DNA of 63,425 bases, filler included, from Octopus bimaculoides (Eukaryota): NCBI RefSeq assembly GCF_001194135.2. It is 4 parts of 4 records of this genome, joined end to end, with 100 filler letters (N's around TTAATTAATTAA, not from the genome) between each part and the next. Parts side by side here need not be neighbours in the genome. Positions count along the whole stretch, not along the records: positions 44,068 to 58,988 come from NC_069007.1; positions 59,089 to 63,425 come from NC_069004.1; 2 more parts are not named here. One strand, given 5' to 3'. The stretch's first letter is position 1. Every line of letters begins with the position of its first letter. Position numbers and translations under genes: made by a program. Below the pieces are notes generated by a model. It had not been told where the DNA came from and made no database searches. It saw only the letters and a list, made by a program, of their open reading frames with translations. Below, one piece after another: positions 50,540 through 63,154 of this stretch.

Positions 50540-50915
50540 GTTGTTGGCACTTCATCGCCTACGACGTCGAGGGTTCCAGTCGATCCGATCAACGGAACAG
50601 CCTGCTCGTGAAATTAACGTGCAAGTGGCTGAGCACTCCACAGACACGTGTACCCTTAACGTAGTTCTCGAGATATTCAGCGTGACACAGTGTGACAAGG
50701 CTGGCCCTTTGAATTACAGGTACAACAGAAACAGGAAGTAAGAGTGAGAGAAAGTTGTGGTGAAAGAATACAGCAGAGTTCGCCACCATCCCCTGCCGGA
50801 GCCTCGTGGAGCTTTAGGTGTTTTCGCTCAATAAACACTCACAACGCCCGGTCTGGGAATCGAAACCGCGATCCTATGACCGCGAGTCCGCTGCCCTAAC
50901 CACTGGGTCATTGCA
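50540..50915 (-). mobile_element. SINE family 3, longer copy
   Basis: tRNA-like head at 50845-50915 (reverse complement has CAGTGGTTAGGG and GTTTCGATTCC) matching 10970-11055, with contiguous body to ~50540. Confidence 0.75.
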
Positions 50916-51336
50916 CCTCCACAATCGAATATATACAGACGTTTATAAACCAGTATATAGCTTCGAAAGTTCACGCCTCTCTGACGCTCGCTTATGTGAA
51001 AATTTGAGTAACGGTTCCTGAAGTTTTTCAGCTACAATGAAACACATTTTACTCTCCTTTTGGTATTTCAGTGCTATTTTCTCCACTTTCTTTTACACTT
51101 GTTTGCTCAATGCCTGTGTGTGAGTGTATGTCTGTGTGTATGTATGTGTGGATGCGTTTGTGTGTGTGTGTGAGTGCGTGCGTGTGTGCGTGCGCGCACG
51201 TGTAATATATAGAATAGCTGAAAAACAAAAATTTCACAGACATTTCATAATTTCATTCTAACTTTTACAGCTGTTTCAACAGTTAAAATGCAAACATCAT
51301 CATCCATATAATTACGTAATTAATATATAAATATAC

Positions 51337-51376
<40 letters not shown>

Positions 51377-51500
51377 ATAAGATATATATATGTATATATA
51401 CGCATATATTTCTCTGTATGTGTGTACATGTATGCATGTATGTACATCTATCTATCTATCTATCTATCGATATATATATATATATATATAAAACAATCAA

Positions 51501-51578
<78 letters not shown>

Positions 51579-51672
51579 TATGTATATACATACGTGCATA
51601 TATATATATATATATATATACATATATATAACATCTGAGTTACATACATTCATGTTTAACTCACACACACAC

Positions 51673-51712
<40 letters not shown>

Positions 51713-52278
51713 AGGCATACAATCATTTTTGCTTAATACATCTGAAAATGTTTGACTCTAACGACCATTAGCATCAATCACTTCAGTGTGGTGTTGTGTG
51801 GTGTGGTGTGTAGGGGGTTGATGTGGTATGGTGTGGTGTATGATGTGATAGGATGTGGTGAGTGGTGGAGGAGGGGAACAGACATTCAATAAATACGGAT
51901 CGATATTTATTTAATAATAATTGACTATTAAAGATAAATATAAATGTGAATGTAATCATCGTTATTATGTCCATCTCCAGCCACTGGTCAATATATACAT
52001 TGACCATACTGACCGCATCCAATGTCAGCGTGGCTTTTACACATGTGATGGATTTGCTAGAAATAGCAGTTACAATGTTCTTCAAACCATACAGTGCTGT
52101 CATTAAATAGTATGGAAGGATCTATTGGATAAATGTAATCCTAGATATATTATGTCAAGCCAGAACAAATGAACTACAAAAGGTGTGATAGTCACGGCTG
52201 GAATGTTTTGGATCAAACGTTTTGGTGGGGGTTGTGGTGTTGGTAGCGGTGGTGGTAGTGGTGGTTGTTGTGTTCTTT

Positions 52279-52610
52279 TCCGGAGTCGATAAAATAAGTA
52301 CCAGTTGAACACTAGGGTCGATGTTATCGACTAAACCCCCTCCCTCCAAATTGCTGACCTTGTGCCAAAATTTGAAACCAATACGTTACAAATAATCCTT
52401 CCTGCTATAGGCACATGACCTGAAATTTTGGAGGAGGGGATAAGTCAATTAGATCGACCCCCAGTACTCTACTGGTACTTAATTTATCGACCCCGAAATT
52501 ATGAAAGGCAAATAAGACCTCGGCGGGATTTGAACTCAGAACGTAGCAGAAGACGAAATACCGCTATGCATTTCGTCCGGCATGCTAACGGTTCTGCCAG
52601 CTCGCCGCCT
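52279..52610. mobile_element. Tail-to-tail pair of SINE family 1 copies (+ 52279-52383; - 52395-52610)
   Basis: gtcgataaaataagtaccagttg (+) versus ctggtacttaatttatcgac (-). Confidence 0.85.
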
Positions 52611-52993
52611 TTGTACGTTACAAATAATAATCTATGGCTTGCCGCAATACCTACTGTGTTCTGTTGTATAAGTTGGTTTTCACTTAATGATGTCTACATC
52701 TATTCTATATTCAGAATGCATCTGGTTCTCCTAGTATATGATATATGCGTCTGGCCTGAGTATTTTTACAGGGTGCTCTATCTGGAAGTTTCACTGATAG
52801 CAAATTACAAAGCAAAAAAAACAACATAGAGTTACATCTCATGTAAAGCTTTAGCAGGGTTTAACAGTTGTATAATTCGTTAATCTGGCGTTGATGATTT
52901 TTATCAGTTCATAACAGTATTTCCATGATCGTTTCTGAAACTACTGCAAACCGCACGAACAGCATGGTAGCACGACGGCATTCTTATCGCCTC

Positions 52994-53038
52994 TTCAGTC
53001 TGATAATGAGGCCGGGAAAGTCTTGAAACGTTAATGAA
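52994..53038 (+). ncRNA. Degenerate PLE-type hammerhead motif
   Basis: TTCAGT-CTGATAAT-GAGGC cgggaaa GTCTT-GAAACGTT-AATGAA: stems I-III recognisable; core G8 mutated to A. Confidence 0.45.
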
Positions 53039-53074
53039 CGAACGGATTTAGAAATGCTATTCTTTCGTATCTAA

Positions 53075-53410
53075 TAATGATTTCAAATTTTGGCACAAGG
53101 CCAGCAATTTCGGGAAAGGAAATAAGTCGATTACATCGATCCCAGTACACAACTGGTACTCAATTTATCGAACCCCGAGGGATGAAGGGCAAAGTCGACC
53201 TCGGCAGAATTTTCTTCTGTATTTGATATTAAGGACATGAGTAAGATGACGAGCTGGTCGGAAATATAACACGCCCAACTCAATGCTTAGAGGCACTTCC
53301 TCCGTGTTCACGTTCTGGATTCAAATTCCGCCGTGGTTGACTTAGCATTTCATCCTTTCGGGGTCGATAAAATAAAGTACCAGTTGAACACTGTGGTTGA
53401 TATAATCGAT
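53075..53410. mobile_element. Head-to-head pair of SINE family 1 copies (- 53075-53215; + 53250-53410)
   Basis: aaagtcgacctcggcagaattt (-) and ttcaaattccgccgtggttgac...tcggggtcgataaaa (+). Confidence 0.8.
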
Positions 53411-53984
53411 TTACCAAAATATGAAATCACTATTAAGGACACGGGTCGCTTAGGTTAACGGTACAGAGCGCTTAAGCGGGGGTTGAAAGGTACGGGTGTT
53501 CGATTCTCTCTAGCACCTGCTGGCCACCTTTTTAAAGGATGATGCTCCAGCATGGCTGCAGTCGCACAGCTGTCATGAAGAAAAGGAATAAAGGAATATA
53601 ATATCTAAATCCTTGGTACAGAAAAATAAACTCGAACAGACGTATTTTTAAAACAAAGTATTTGGAAAGAGAGTTCGTTATTAACAAAGACACATATAAT
53701 GGAAACTTCGAAGTCACTATCAGTCTTTTCTTCGTAAAAAAAAAAAGGTTATTCTGTTGAAAGGTGTTAAGTGATCCTTCAGTTTAATGTTTGAATGTTT
53801 TTTTTTTTATATACGAGAGATACATAAAACAAACATTTATATAACACACTCACATACATACGCCCATTCATGTATAAATTCATGAATATGTGTCTTATAA
53901 GTATGTGAATATATATATATACATTATATAATATGAATATACATACAAGTATGCACACACATACATATATACACAAACATAAGC

Positions 53985-54015
<31 letters not shown>

Positions 54016-54301
54016 TGTATGTGTATATATGTATGTACATCTATACACATACACATATATACACGCACATACATGTATACACATGCATAAGTATATATAT
54101 ATACATTCATATATATATATGTATATATATATGTACTGGTATNNNNNNNNNNNNNNNNNNNNNNNNNNNNNNNNNNNNNNNNNNNNNNNNNNNNNNNNNN
54201 NNNNNNNNNNNNNNNNNNNNNNNNNNNNNNNNNNNNNNNNNNNNNNNNNNNNNNNNNNNNNNNNNNNNNNNNNNNNNNNNNNNNNNNNNNNNNNNNNNNN
54301 N

Positions 54302-54352
<51 letters not shown>

Positions 54353-56279
54353 CACACAACCCTAAACGGTTTCTGTTTCTGCTAATCACTCGCTGGAACG
54401 GTACTGCTACACAACACAATAGCAATACGGTTTCATCTGGTCACATTTGACTACACACATTGGTGCATCATATACTGATAGGGATGCAGCTAGCCACGCG
54501 TCACTGAACACAGACTGATTTGTACACGAACCAATAAAGGAACTTTTACCTGGTCCCTGGCTTGTTAGAAATAGCAGTCAACCTACTTCACATTAATCCC
54601 TATCATTTCAACAAAACAAACTGGAAGCAAGGTAGGCCTTCATGAGTTGTATGTGAAATGTCATTTTGACCGGAGGTACTTTGCTCCCACTGGTATTGAA
54701 CCGAAAACGACGAGGTTACTAGATGGTATTTTTTTTAACCATATGGAATGTTTGACGGACCAGTTCGACAGAAATAGCAGCGATAGATCCTTCGGACCTT
54801 AAATCTACGGCTTAAATATGGAAGGCTCACTCGAGAGATAATGTAGCCCACACGTTTGAGAAGATGGTGATGTGGTTATACGTGTATTGAACCATGGCCT
54901 GCCTCATCGTCGTCATCGCTGTCATCATCATCATCATCATCATTACCATACTGTCATCATCATCGTTGTCATCATTGTAGTTGTCGACGTCGTCGTCGTC
55001 ACCGTCGTCGTCGTCATCATCATCATCATCGTCGCCGTCGTCGTCGTCTTTGTCATCGTCGACGCCGGTACCACCATCGTCGACATTATCGTGGTTATTG
55101 ACATCTCTCCACTACCACCACCACCGACACTACCATCATCATCATCATCATCATCACCATCATGACCATCATCACCATCATCATCATGATCGTCATCACC
55201 TTCACCACCCATCGCAACCACAGCCACCACCATCACCACCACTACCATCATCATCAACCTCATCATCAACCTCATAACCACCACCACAACCACCACCATC
55301 AACACCGCTCTCATCGTCACAACCACCACCACTACCACAACCACAATCACCATATCACTATCCCCATCACCACCACCAACACATCATCGTCACCGCCTTG
55401 TGCTATACAGCTCCACAATACTGAAACGTATCCCTATCTAGTAATTTGTTCATAGCTAACAAATATATTTGTGTCCCATATGACATGATGGCTGTTTTCA
55501 CGGATGTATATACATGCATGTATACATATATACATGTATATATATCTATCCATCTATATATTTATATATAAATGTGTGTGTGTGTGTGTACATATACATA
55601 AGTATATATTTACATATACATATACATATACATATACATACATATATATATGTGTGTGCGTGTGTGTGTGTGTGTGGGGGGTGGGGGTGGTAGCTATAAA
55701 CAAATTGTATATATATATCTAATTCTCTTGGAACTCAATAACTCAACAACAACAACAACATCAATAACCACACCAACAACAACATTAGTAACCAATGTAC
55801 CATGAACAACCAATGAAATTCAGTTATTCTGATAACACATTTGTATCGATTGAAAATCATATTGTTGTTGATGCTGTTGTTGCTGTTGTTGTGCAACCCC
55901 AGGTCAATTCTGATCAAAAAGACCTGTGTGTTTATTGTAAAGCAATCCCCTTGCTTTGTATTGTTATGTTTTTGGGGTGTTTTTTGTGGGGAGGGGTTCA
56001 TCTCTATTGTGAAACAAATTATTATATTTTATTTTTTCAATTTGTTTCCAATCATAATGTTAAAAAAAATCATGAAAATATATAAAAAACAAGCTTCTTG
56101 TAATTCGTATTCATAATGTCATAATGTCTCCCTCACCCAAACACATCCCCTAATATTTGCTGCCTTTGTTGTAATAAAGAAATCGAACTGGGACGAATTT
56201 TGATGACGGATAAGATCGAAGAGAATAATGGAAATTGATAAGGGAATGATTAGTCGAAGAGAAAAAAGGAGAAATTGTT

Positions 56280-56620
56280 GAATGATTGGTTGAGAAGCAA
56301 GTTATTGTTCCCTTGTTCTCAATGGCGGGGCCAAAGTTTGTAACGCCGGGGGCCGCCCTTGAGTTTGCTTTCATTTCCACCCCCTATCCCCGCTTCCAAT
56401 ACGGGATCATACTGCAGACTCGAAAGTGCCACTGCTATAACAGCGGCGCCGAGACGAACCGCCCCTATGTCTTACCACCACCAGCTACGCTTCTGTTCGT
56501 TCTTTCGCACTTCATCAAATATCATTCACCACAAGGAAGAAATCAACCCCCGTTTCCCAGCCAAAGCAATGCAGGTGTGGTGGAGCGAGATCTTCACGAT
56601 GGATTTAATTGATAGTTAGA
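56280..56620 (+). promoter_or_regulatory. CpG-rich promoter-like patch
   Basis: ATTGG 56285, GGCGGGGCC 56324, CCGCCC 56353 and 56459, about 12 CpG in 56321-56470; not recognisably repeat-derived. Confidence 0.35.
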
Positions 56621-57194
56621 TCCATCCTGCACACAACAACAGGGTGGCTAATCTTACCCAGAAATAGGTTGAAGGGGAAATTTTCCTGAAGTTCAATCAA
56701 AGATGGTCAATACTTCCATCTGCCTGACCGTCATATAATGGTATGACTACAGAGTTATGTTGTTTCACATTTTTATGGTAGGGTCACGTTTTACTTGGCA
56801 GGAGGTCTACGTACTGTTAAAAATGATACTTGTGCGGAGGGTTCGTTATACTGTGGCCAAAAATGTTCAATCATTATCTGAGACAGCGCCATCTGGAAAC
56901 GTTCTTTGATGCTTGGTAAATGCAGTGATCGTTTACCAGGAATGCTTTTTTATCCCCTGTAGCCCGTTTCTTTAACAATGCGATAAACGAAGATCGAAAT
57001 TGGGCACCTAGCATCTGGAATATTGTCAGACTCTCACTGGTTTCTGCCACTGAAACTTAATTTCAGTAAGCGGTGTAGAAACAACTTCCAAAAACGTTTG
57101 GAAATACTTTCGTTTCTTTAAAATTCTATTTCTATTATTATGTAGGGCGATGGATTGGCAGAAATATCAGAGCGTCGGAAAGAATTTCATGTAA

Positions 57195-57385
57195 TATTGA
57201 TTTCAAATTTTGGCACAAGGCCAGCAATTTCGGTGAGAGTGTGTTCGATTACATCGACCCCAGTACTCAACTGGTACTTATTTTTATCGACCCCGAAAGG
57301 ATGAAAAGCAAAGCCGACCTCGGCGGAATTTGAACATAGAACGCTAAGCATTTCACGCGGCGTGCTAACGATTCTGCCATCTTCT
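57195..57385 (-). mobile_element. SINE family 1
   Basis: tttggcacaaggccagcaatttc...aaagccgacctcggcggaatttgaac...gctaacgattctgcca. Confidence 0.85.
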
Positions 57386-58109
57386 CGCCTTGGAATGTTT
57401 TGTAAAACTGCTCCTCCCCCCGAAAAAAAAGAAAAATGGACTGATGTGCTAGAATTGTTTAGCGCCATTTCGCCNNNNNNNNNNNNNNNNNNNNNNNNNN
57501 NNNNNNNNNNNNNNNNNNNNNNNNNNNNNNNNNNNNNNNNNNNNNNNNNNNNNNNNNNNNNNNNNNNNNNNNNNNNNNNNNNNNNNNNNNNNNNNNNNNN
57601 NNNNNNNNNNNNNNNNNNNNNNNNNNNNNNNNNNNNNNNNNNNNNNNNNNNNNNNNNNNNNNNNNNNNNNNNNNNNNNNNNNNNNNNNNNNNNNNNNNNN
57701 NNNNNNNNNNNNNNNNNNNNNNNNNNNNNNNNNNNNNNNNNNNNNNNNNNNNNNNNNNNNNNNNNNNNNNNNNNNNNNNNNNNNNNNNNNNNNNNNNNNN
57801 NNNNNNTTTTTTTTACATTCTGACTTCAGATTCCGCCTTTCGTCTTCCTGGGCTCAATAAAATGAAGTCCCGGTCAAATACTATTTCAATAGGATCGACG
57901 ACTCATTCTCCTTTCAAAACTGCAGGCCTTGTGCCTAAATTAGAAACCATTGATATTGTTGTTGTTGTTATTACCACCACCATCACCATCGAACTCACAA
58001 CCTCCTGATAGTGATCCCAACGCTCTAACCACTGTGCCATATGCCTTCACTTACCATTTACCATTTACTACCATCACAACCACCACCACCACCATCATCA
58101 TCATCGTTA

Positions 58110-58320
58110 TTGGCGGCGAGCTGGCAGAAACGTTAGCACGCCGGGCAAAATGCTTAGCGTCATTTCGTCCGTCTTTACGTTGTGAGTTCAAATTCCGTCG
58201 AGGTCGACTTTGCCTTTCATCCTATCGGGGTCGATAAAATAAGTACTAGTTGAGCACTAGGGTCAGCGTAATCGACCTGGCCCCTGCATCAAAACTGCTG
58301 GCCTTGTGACAAAATTTGAA
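58110..58320 (+). mobile_element. SINE family 1, full length with (ATT)n tail
   Basis: ggcggcgagctggcagaaacgttagcacgccgggc...gagttcaaattccgtcgaggtcgac...ggccttgtgacaaaatttgaa. Confidence 0.9.
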
Positions 58321-58351
<31 letters not shown>

Positions 58352-58353
<2 letters not shown>

Positions 58354-58610
58354 GATATACGCAAAACGGATTAGACAATTGAAAAAGAAAAATTACTAAC
58401 ATCAGGCTACAACAAGTAACCTTAGATGCCAAGAACCCTCCTAAGTATCCTAGCTGTCCCTAACAACACTGTTTTCTGGAACTGTACTAAACTGGGTTTT
58501 ATGCCTATTTCCTCTATCCACCTGTTCAAATCTTTAGAGACACTTCCTATTGCACCTATAACTACTGGGATACATTTTACCTGCTCTTTCCATAGTCTCT
58601 GTAATTCAAT
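58352..58610 (-). mobile_element. R4/Dong-like 3' fragment, subfamily C, between two (ATT)n tracts
   Basis: Minus strand ELQRLWKEQVKCIPVVIGAIGSVSKDLNRWIEEIG...FQKTVLLGTARILRRVLGI*. Confidence 0.88.
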
Positions 58611-58624
58611 TATTATTATTATTA

Positions 58625-58960
58625 TTATTCAGTAGTTTTATTTTTATAACGTGCTTTCACTTCACTACCGAGCGCAGCTCTGTGCGCCTTGGGTATGTGC
58701 TGTGGTTTGCTGTGGTGCTCTTATGTTTACTGTATTGAAAGTGTTTTGCGTAGAATGTGTGCAGTACCCAGTAGTGCAATTTTCTGTATGTTATATATAT
58801 TTGTAAGTCCTGGTGTTTTTGTTATGTATTTGTCTGAATATTTTTTTTATTATACCTAAGGCACCTACTATGATAGGAATTGTTTCTGTTTTTAGATTCC
58901 ACATTCGAGTTATCTCTATTTCCAGGTCTTTGTATTTTGAAAGTTTTCCATTTCTTTTTG
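58625..58960 (-). mobile_element. R4/Dong-like LINE 3' end, subfamily A
   Basis: Reverse complement near-identical to 13076-13352 and 31655-31980. Confidence 0.9.
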
Positions 58961-59129
58961 AGAAACGTTGTCATCTGCTGGTATTGATNNNNNNNNNNNN
59001 NNNNNNNNNNNNNNNNNNNNNNNNNNNNNNNNTTAATTAATTAANNNNNNNNNNNNNNNNNNNNNNNNNNNNNNNNNNNNNNNNNNNNTATATATACATA
59101 TATGTATATATATATACATACATATATTT

Positions 59130-59340
59130 GTGTCCTTCCCCTATCACTTCTTGGCAACTGGTTTGGTGTGTTTACAACTGGTGAACTAGCAGTTCGGCTA
59201 AAGAGATCGATAGAGAACTACTTGACTTAGAAAAAAAAAAAAGAAGAAAAGAAAGTCCTGGGGTCGATTTGTTTGACTAAAACCCTTCAAAGTGCTGCTC
59301 CAGCATAGCTGCGGTCGAATGACTGAAACAAGTTAAAGTA
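59130..59340 (+). mobile_element. SINE family 2 3' fragment
   Basis: gtcctggggtcgatttgtttgactaaaacccttcaaagtgctgctccagcatagctgcggtcgaatgactgaaacaag. Confidence 0.7.
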
Positions 59341-59685
59341 TACACACATACACACGCATATATATATGCACACATACACACACACACACACACATATATA
59401 CATGTATATTTGTGTGTGTGTGTGTATGCATATTTATTTCTATGTATGTGTATAGTCTTTGTATATATACGTAAAGGATACTTACACACACACACACATG
59501 CTTACACACACACACACACACACACACACTGATACTCAGGCTCTCACAAACACACAGACATGGACAGTCTGAGAGACACACAGACAGCTATTGTATAAAA
59601 ATGACTCACACCAAATCTACATGTTCACAGCTAAACTAGACAATGACATGGCTGTGACACACATGTGGCACAGTTTGTTAGGACA

Positions 59686-60095
59686 GTATTATGATTGTAT
59701 TAATACTGTGTTAGGACTATGTTAATGACTGTATTATGACCGTCATATGACTGTTACGATGTGTTACCACTGAGTTACGAGAATTTTATGACTGTTATAT
59801 GACTGTATTATGACTATGTTATGGCTGTTTTACAACTGTATTATGACTGTGATATGACTCTATTATATATTATGACTATGTTATGGCTATTTTACGACTT
59901 TTTATCGCTGTGTTATGACTGTATAATAACTATGTTATGATGATGTTATAACTCTGATGTCACTGGATTACAGCTGTTTTATGATTGTGCTATGAATGTA
60001 TCATGACTGTTTTATGACTGTATTATGACTTTATGACTGTGTTATGGCTGCATTATGACTATATTATGACAGTATTATGACTGTGTTATAACGTT
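59686..60095. repeat. Degenerate ~11-bp minisatellite (TATGACTGT[GA]T-like)
   Basis: Recurrent tatgactgt / ttatgactat words with ~11-bp period. Confidence 0.85.
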
Positions 60096-61017
60096 ACTTT
60101 CTGACATCCGTCTACTGTGACAGATGTCAGAGTCTACTGTAACAGTCTGACAGAGAGAGNNNNNNNNNNNNNNNNNNNNNNNNNNNNNNNNNNNNNNNNN
60201 NNNNNNNNNNNNNNNNNNNNNNNNNNNNNNNNNNNNNNNNNNNNNNNNNNNNNNNNNNNNNNNNNNNNNNNNNNNNNNNNNNNNNNNNNNNNNNNNNNNN
60301 NNNNNNNNNNNNNNNNNNNNNNNNNNNNNNNNNNNNNNNNNNNNNNNNNNNNNNNNNNNNNNNNNNNNNNNNNNNNNNNNNNNNNNNNNNNNNNNNNNNN
60401 NNNNNNNNNNNNNNNNNNNNNNNNNNNNNNNNNNNNNNNNNNNNNNNNNNNNNNNNNNNNNNNNNNNNNNNNNNNNNNNNNNNNNNNNNNNNNNNNNNNN
60501 NNNNNNNNNNNNNNNNNNNNNNNNNNNNNNNNNNNNNNNNNNNNNNNNNNNNNNNNNNNNNNNNNNNNNNNNNNNNNNNNNNNNNNNNNNNNNNNNNNNN
60601 NNNNNNNNNNNNNNNNNNNNNNNNNNNNNNNNNNNNNNNNNNNNNNNNNNNNNNNNNNNNNNNNNNNNNNNNNNNNNNNNNNNNNNNNNNNNNNNNNNNN
60701 NNNNNNNNNNNNNNNNNNNNNNNNNNNNNNNNNNNNNNNNNNNNNNNNNNNNNNNNNNNNNNNNNNNNNNNNNNNNNNNNNNNNNNNNNNNNNNNNNNNN
60801 NNNNNNNNNNNNNNNNNNNNNNNNNNNNNNNNNNNNNNNNNNNNNNNNNNNNNNNNNNNNNNNNNNNNNNNNNNNNNNNNNNNNNNNNNNNNNNNNNNNN
60901 NNNNNNNNNNNNNNNNNNNNNNNNNNNNNNNNNNNNNNNNNNNNNNNNNNNNNNNNNNNNNNNNNNNNNNNNNNNNNNNNNNNNNNNNNNNNNNNNNNNN
61001 NNNNNNNNNNNNNNNNN

Positions 61018-61620
61018 ATCCCCCACTACAAAATTCATGTTTTTTCCGTCCAAATGATTTTAAAGACTGTGGAATAAATGATAATCAGATGGGGCAATGT
61101 CCAGCAAATATGATGGGTGGGTCAATGTTTCCCATTCAAATTGGTCCAGCCTTGAGGAAGTCATCCTCCGTGTTTGTGGCCAAGCATTATCCTGATGGAT
61201 GACTACCTTTCGTCTTCAAACCAAAGATGGTCATTTTTCTTCTAGTGCTGACTCGAATGACCAAATCCCAGCTTCTCTGCTAGATCCTCAACAGTTATCA
61301 TGGGATTTTGTTCCACCAAGGTTTGCAAGACATTCTCATCGAGGTCTACAGTTCTTCCAGGACAAGGCTTGTCTTCTAGGTCATAGTTTCCACTTCTGAA
61401 TTTCTGGGACCACCATTGACACTGACTTGCACTTATTGTCCAATCCCCATTTACTGCATTCATATTCCTGACACTTTCCATTACATTGTTGCCTTTATTT
61501 AACTCATAAAGCAAAATATGCCCAATATGCTCCTTTGTCACCTCCATTATTGCTTCGAAAAAAATAACTGTTAAAAACGAAACTGCCCTCTTCAAAACTT
61601 GCCCTAACAAGTTGATGCTT
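61018..61620 (-). pseudogene. Internally deleted mariner transposase relic
   Basis: ORF 61242-61610: HIGHILLYELNKGNN..FRSGNYDLEDKPCPGR..LVEQNP..VEDLAEKLG (paired/HTH region); further 3' HPSYLLDIAPSDYHLFHSL*NHLDGK (YSPDLAPxD-like). Confidence 0.88.
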
Positions 61621-61958
61621 TTCTAACAGGTTGATGCAGGTAGTTTATCTTGTCCCCCCTCCATCTTTTAAATCATGCAATTGAAAAAAAACTGCATTAT
61701 TTATGGGATGATTCAATATTTTTTGTCTGTAGTGGTGGAGAAGTAAAGTATTGCACACCTCACCAATTAATATTCGTTTTATTGTATCTGGCTTTAAGTA
61801 GGTGCAAAGAAAACCGTTTGTTATCAAGCCACAAGAGAAAGTAATGGACTGAGGACTTAAATGCGTGAGCAAAGCAAACATAAAGCTGGGAGTTACTTGA
61901 CCAATGGCACACAAACAGAACTTCAGTAATGGATGACAATGGCTATGAGCTGAGAGCT

Positions 61959-62312
61959 CAGTCCATTTAGCTGTAAGTAGGCACTGCTTGTTATCTTGTT
62001 TACTGTGCTGTGTCCTTAACCAACACATGCTTAAATATGAACAGTACAGTCTACCTAGCTGTATGTAGGGACCACAGTGTGGGATAGATCACTGTTCTCT
62101 GTCAGTGACTGATGCACTTGTCGACAGCCCAGTCTACCTAGCTGTAAATAGGGACCACAATGTGGTATAGTTCACTGTAATGTGTCCACGACCAACACAC
62201 TTATTTGTCAACAGCTCAGTCTACCTAGCTGTAAATAGGGACCACAATGTAGTATAAATCACTGTTTTGTGTCAATGACTGATGCACTTGTCATCATCCC
62301 AGTCTACGTAGC
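61959..62312 (+). repeat. Tandem array of ~83-88-bp units with alternating A/B variants
   Basis: CAGTCTACCTAGCTGT-like core at 61959 (diverged), 62047, 62130, 62217, 62300. Confidence 0.9.
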
Positions 62313-62374
62313 TTTTCGTCCAGTGTGCTAACGACTCAACCATGATGATGATGATGGTAATAATAATAATAATA

Positions 62375-62411
<37 letters not shown>

Positions 62412-62504
62412 TCTTTCTACTGAGGCCATGCTAGAGCATCACATTTAGTCGAACAAATATTGGCAAATATTATTTTGTACTTTAGGCACAAGACTCGAAA
62501 TTTT

Positions 62505-63120
62505 TGTGATTTCAATTTGCAGATCTTTATAGTGAGAAAGCTTTTCGTATTCCTTTCTTGAGACATTTTGATCTTGTGGGACAGACATATCTATTAACAG
62601 ACAAGTTCCTCTGTTGTAGTCCTCGATCACAATGTCTGGTCAACTGGAGTCATTTTTCTGTCTGTTTGAACTGGGAAGATCCAAAGGATGGTGACGCCCT
62701 TGCCATTTACGACATTCTCTGGATGGTGCCTGTACCACTTATGATGGGATTTAACTTTTTTAGTATTTACAAGCATTCCAGTGGATGTACTGCCCTAGTT
62801 TGTCATGTCTTATGAGGTACTCCTTTTCAGCGAGGACTGGGCAGTCAGAAACAACACGATCAACTGTCTCTGTGAATTTTCCACAAATTCTGCACGAGGG
62901 GTCAGAACCCTCTTTGAGGACATTTGCATGGTAGTTTCTGGTAGGTAAGCTCTGATCTTGCGCTGCAATAACAAAACTTTCTGTATCCCCTTTCAGACCT
63001 GTCCCTTGTAGCCATTGATGTGTTAGATTCTGATCAATACCTGGCTTGGATAGGTGGTTAGGGTATTTCTCACACAGGAATTTACCTTTCCAGTTGTCTT
63101 CTGTATTATTCATGCAAGCC
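62505..63120 (-). pseudogene. R4/Dong-like LINE fragment: CCHC knuckle plus RLE
   Basis: ORF 62760-63113 WLQGTGLKGDTESFVIAAQDQSLPTRNY..CRICGKFTETVDRVVSDCPVLAEKEYLIRHD..HW; downstream CLLIDMSVPQDQNVSRKEYEKLSHYKDLQIEI. Confidence 0.92.
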
Positions 63121-63154
63121 TACTTTGCTTTTTGTTTGATGTTTTTTTTTTGCA

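Noticed and set aside
53440-53516. tRNA-like stretch with GTTCGATTC
   Set aside because: No acceptor-stem or anticodon-arm pairing that I can build; most likely a decayed SINE head.
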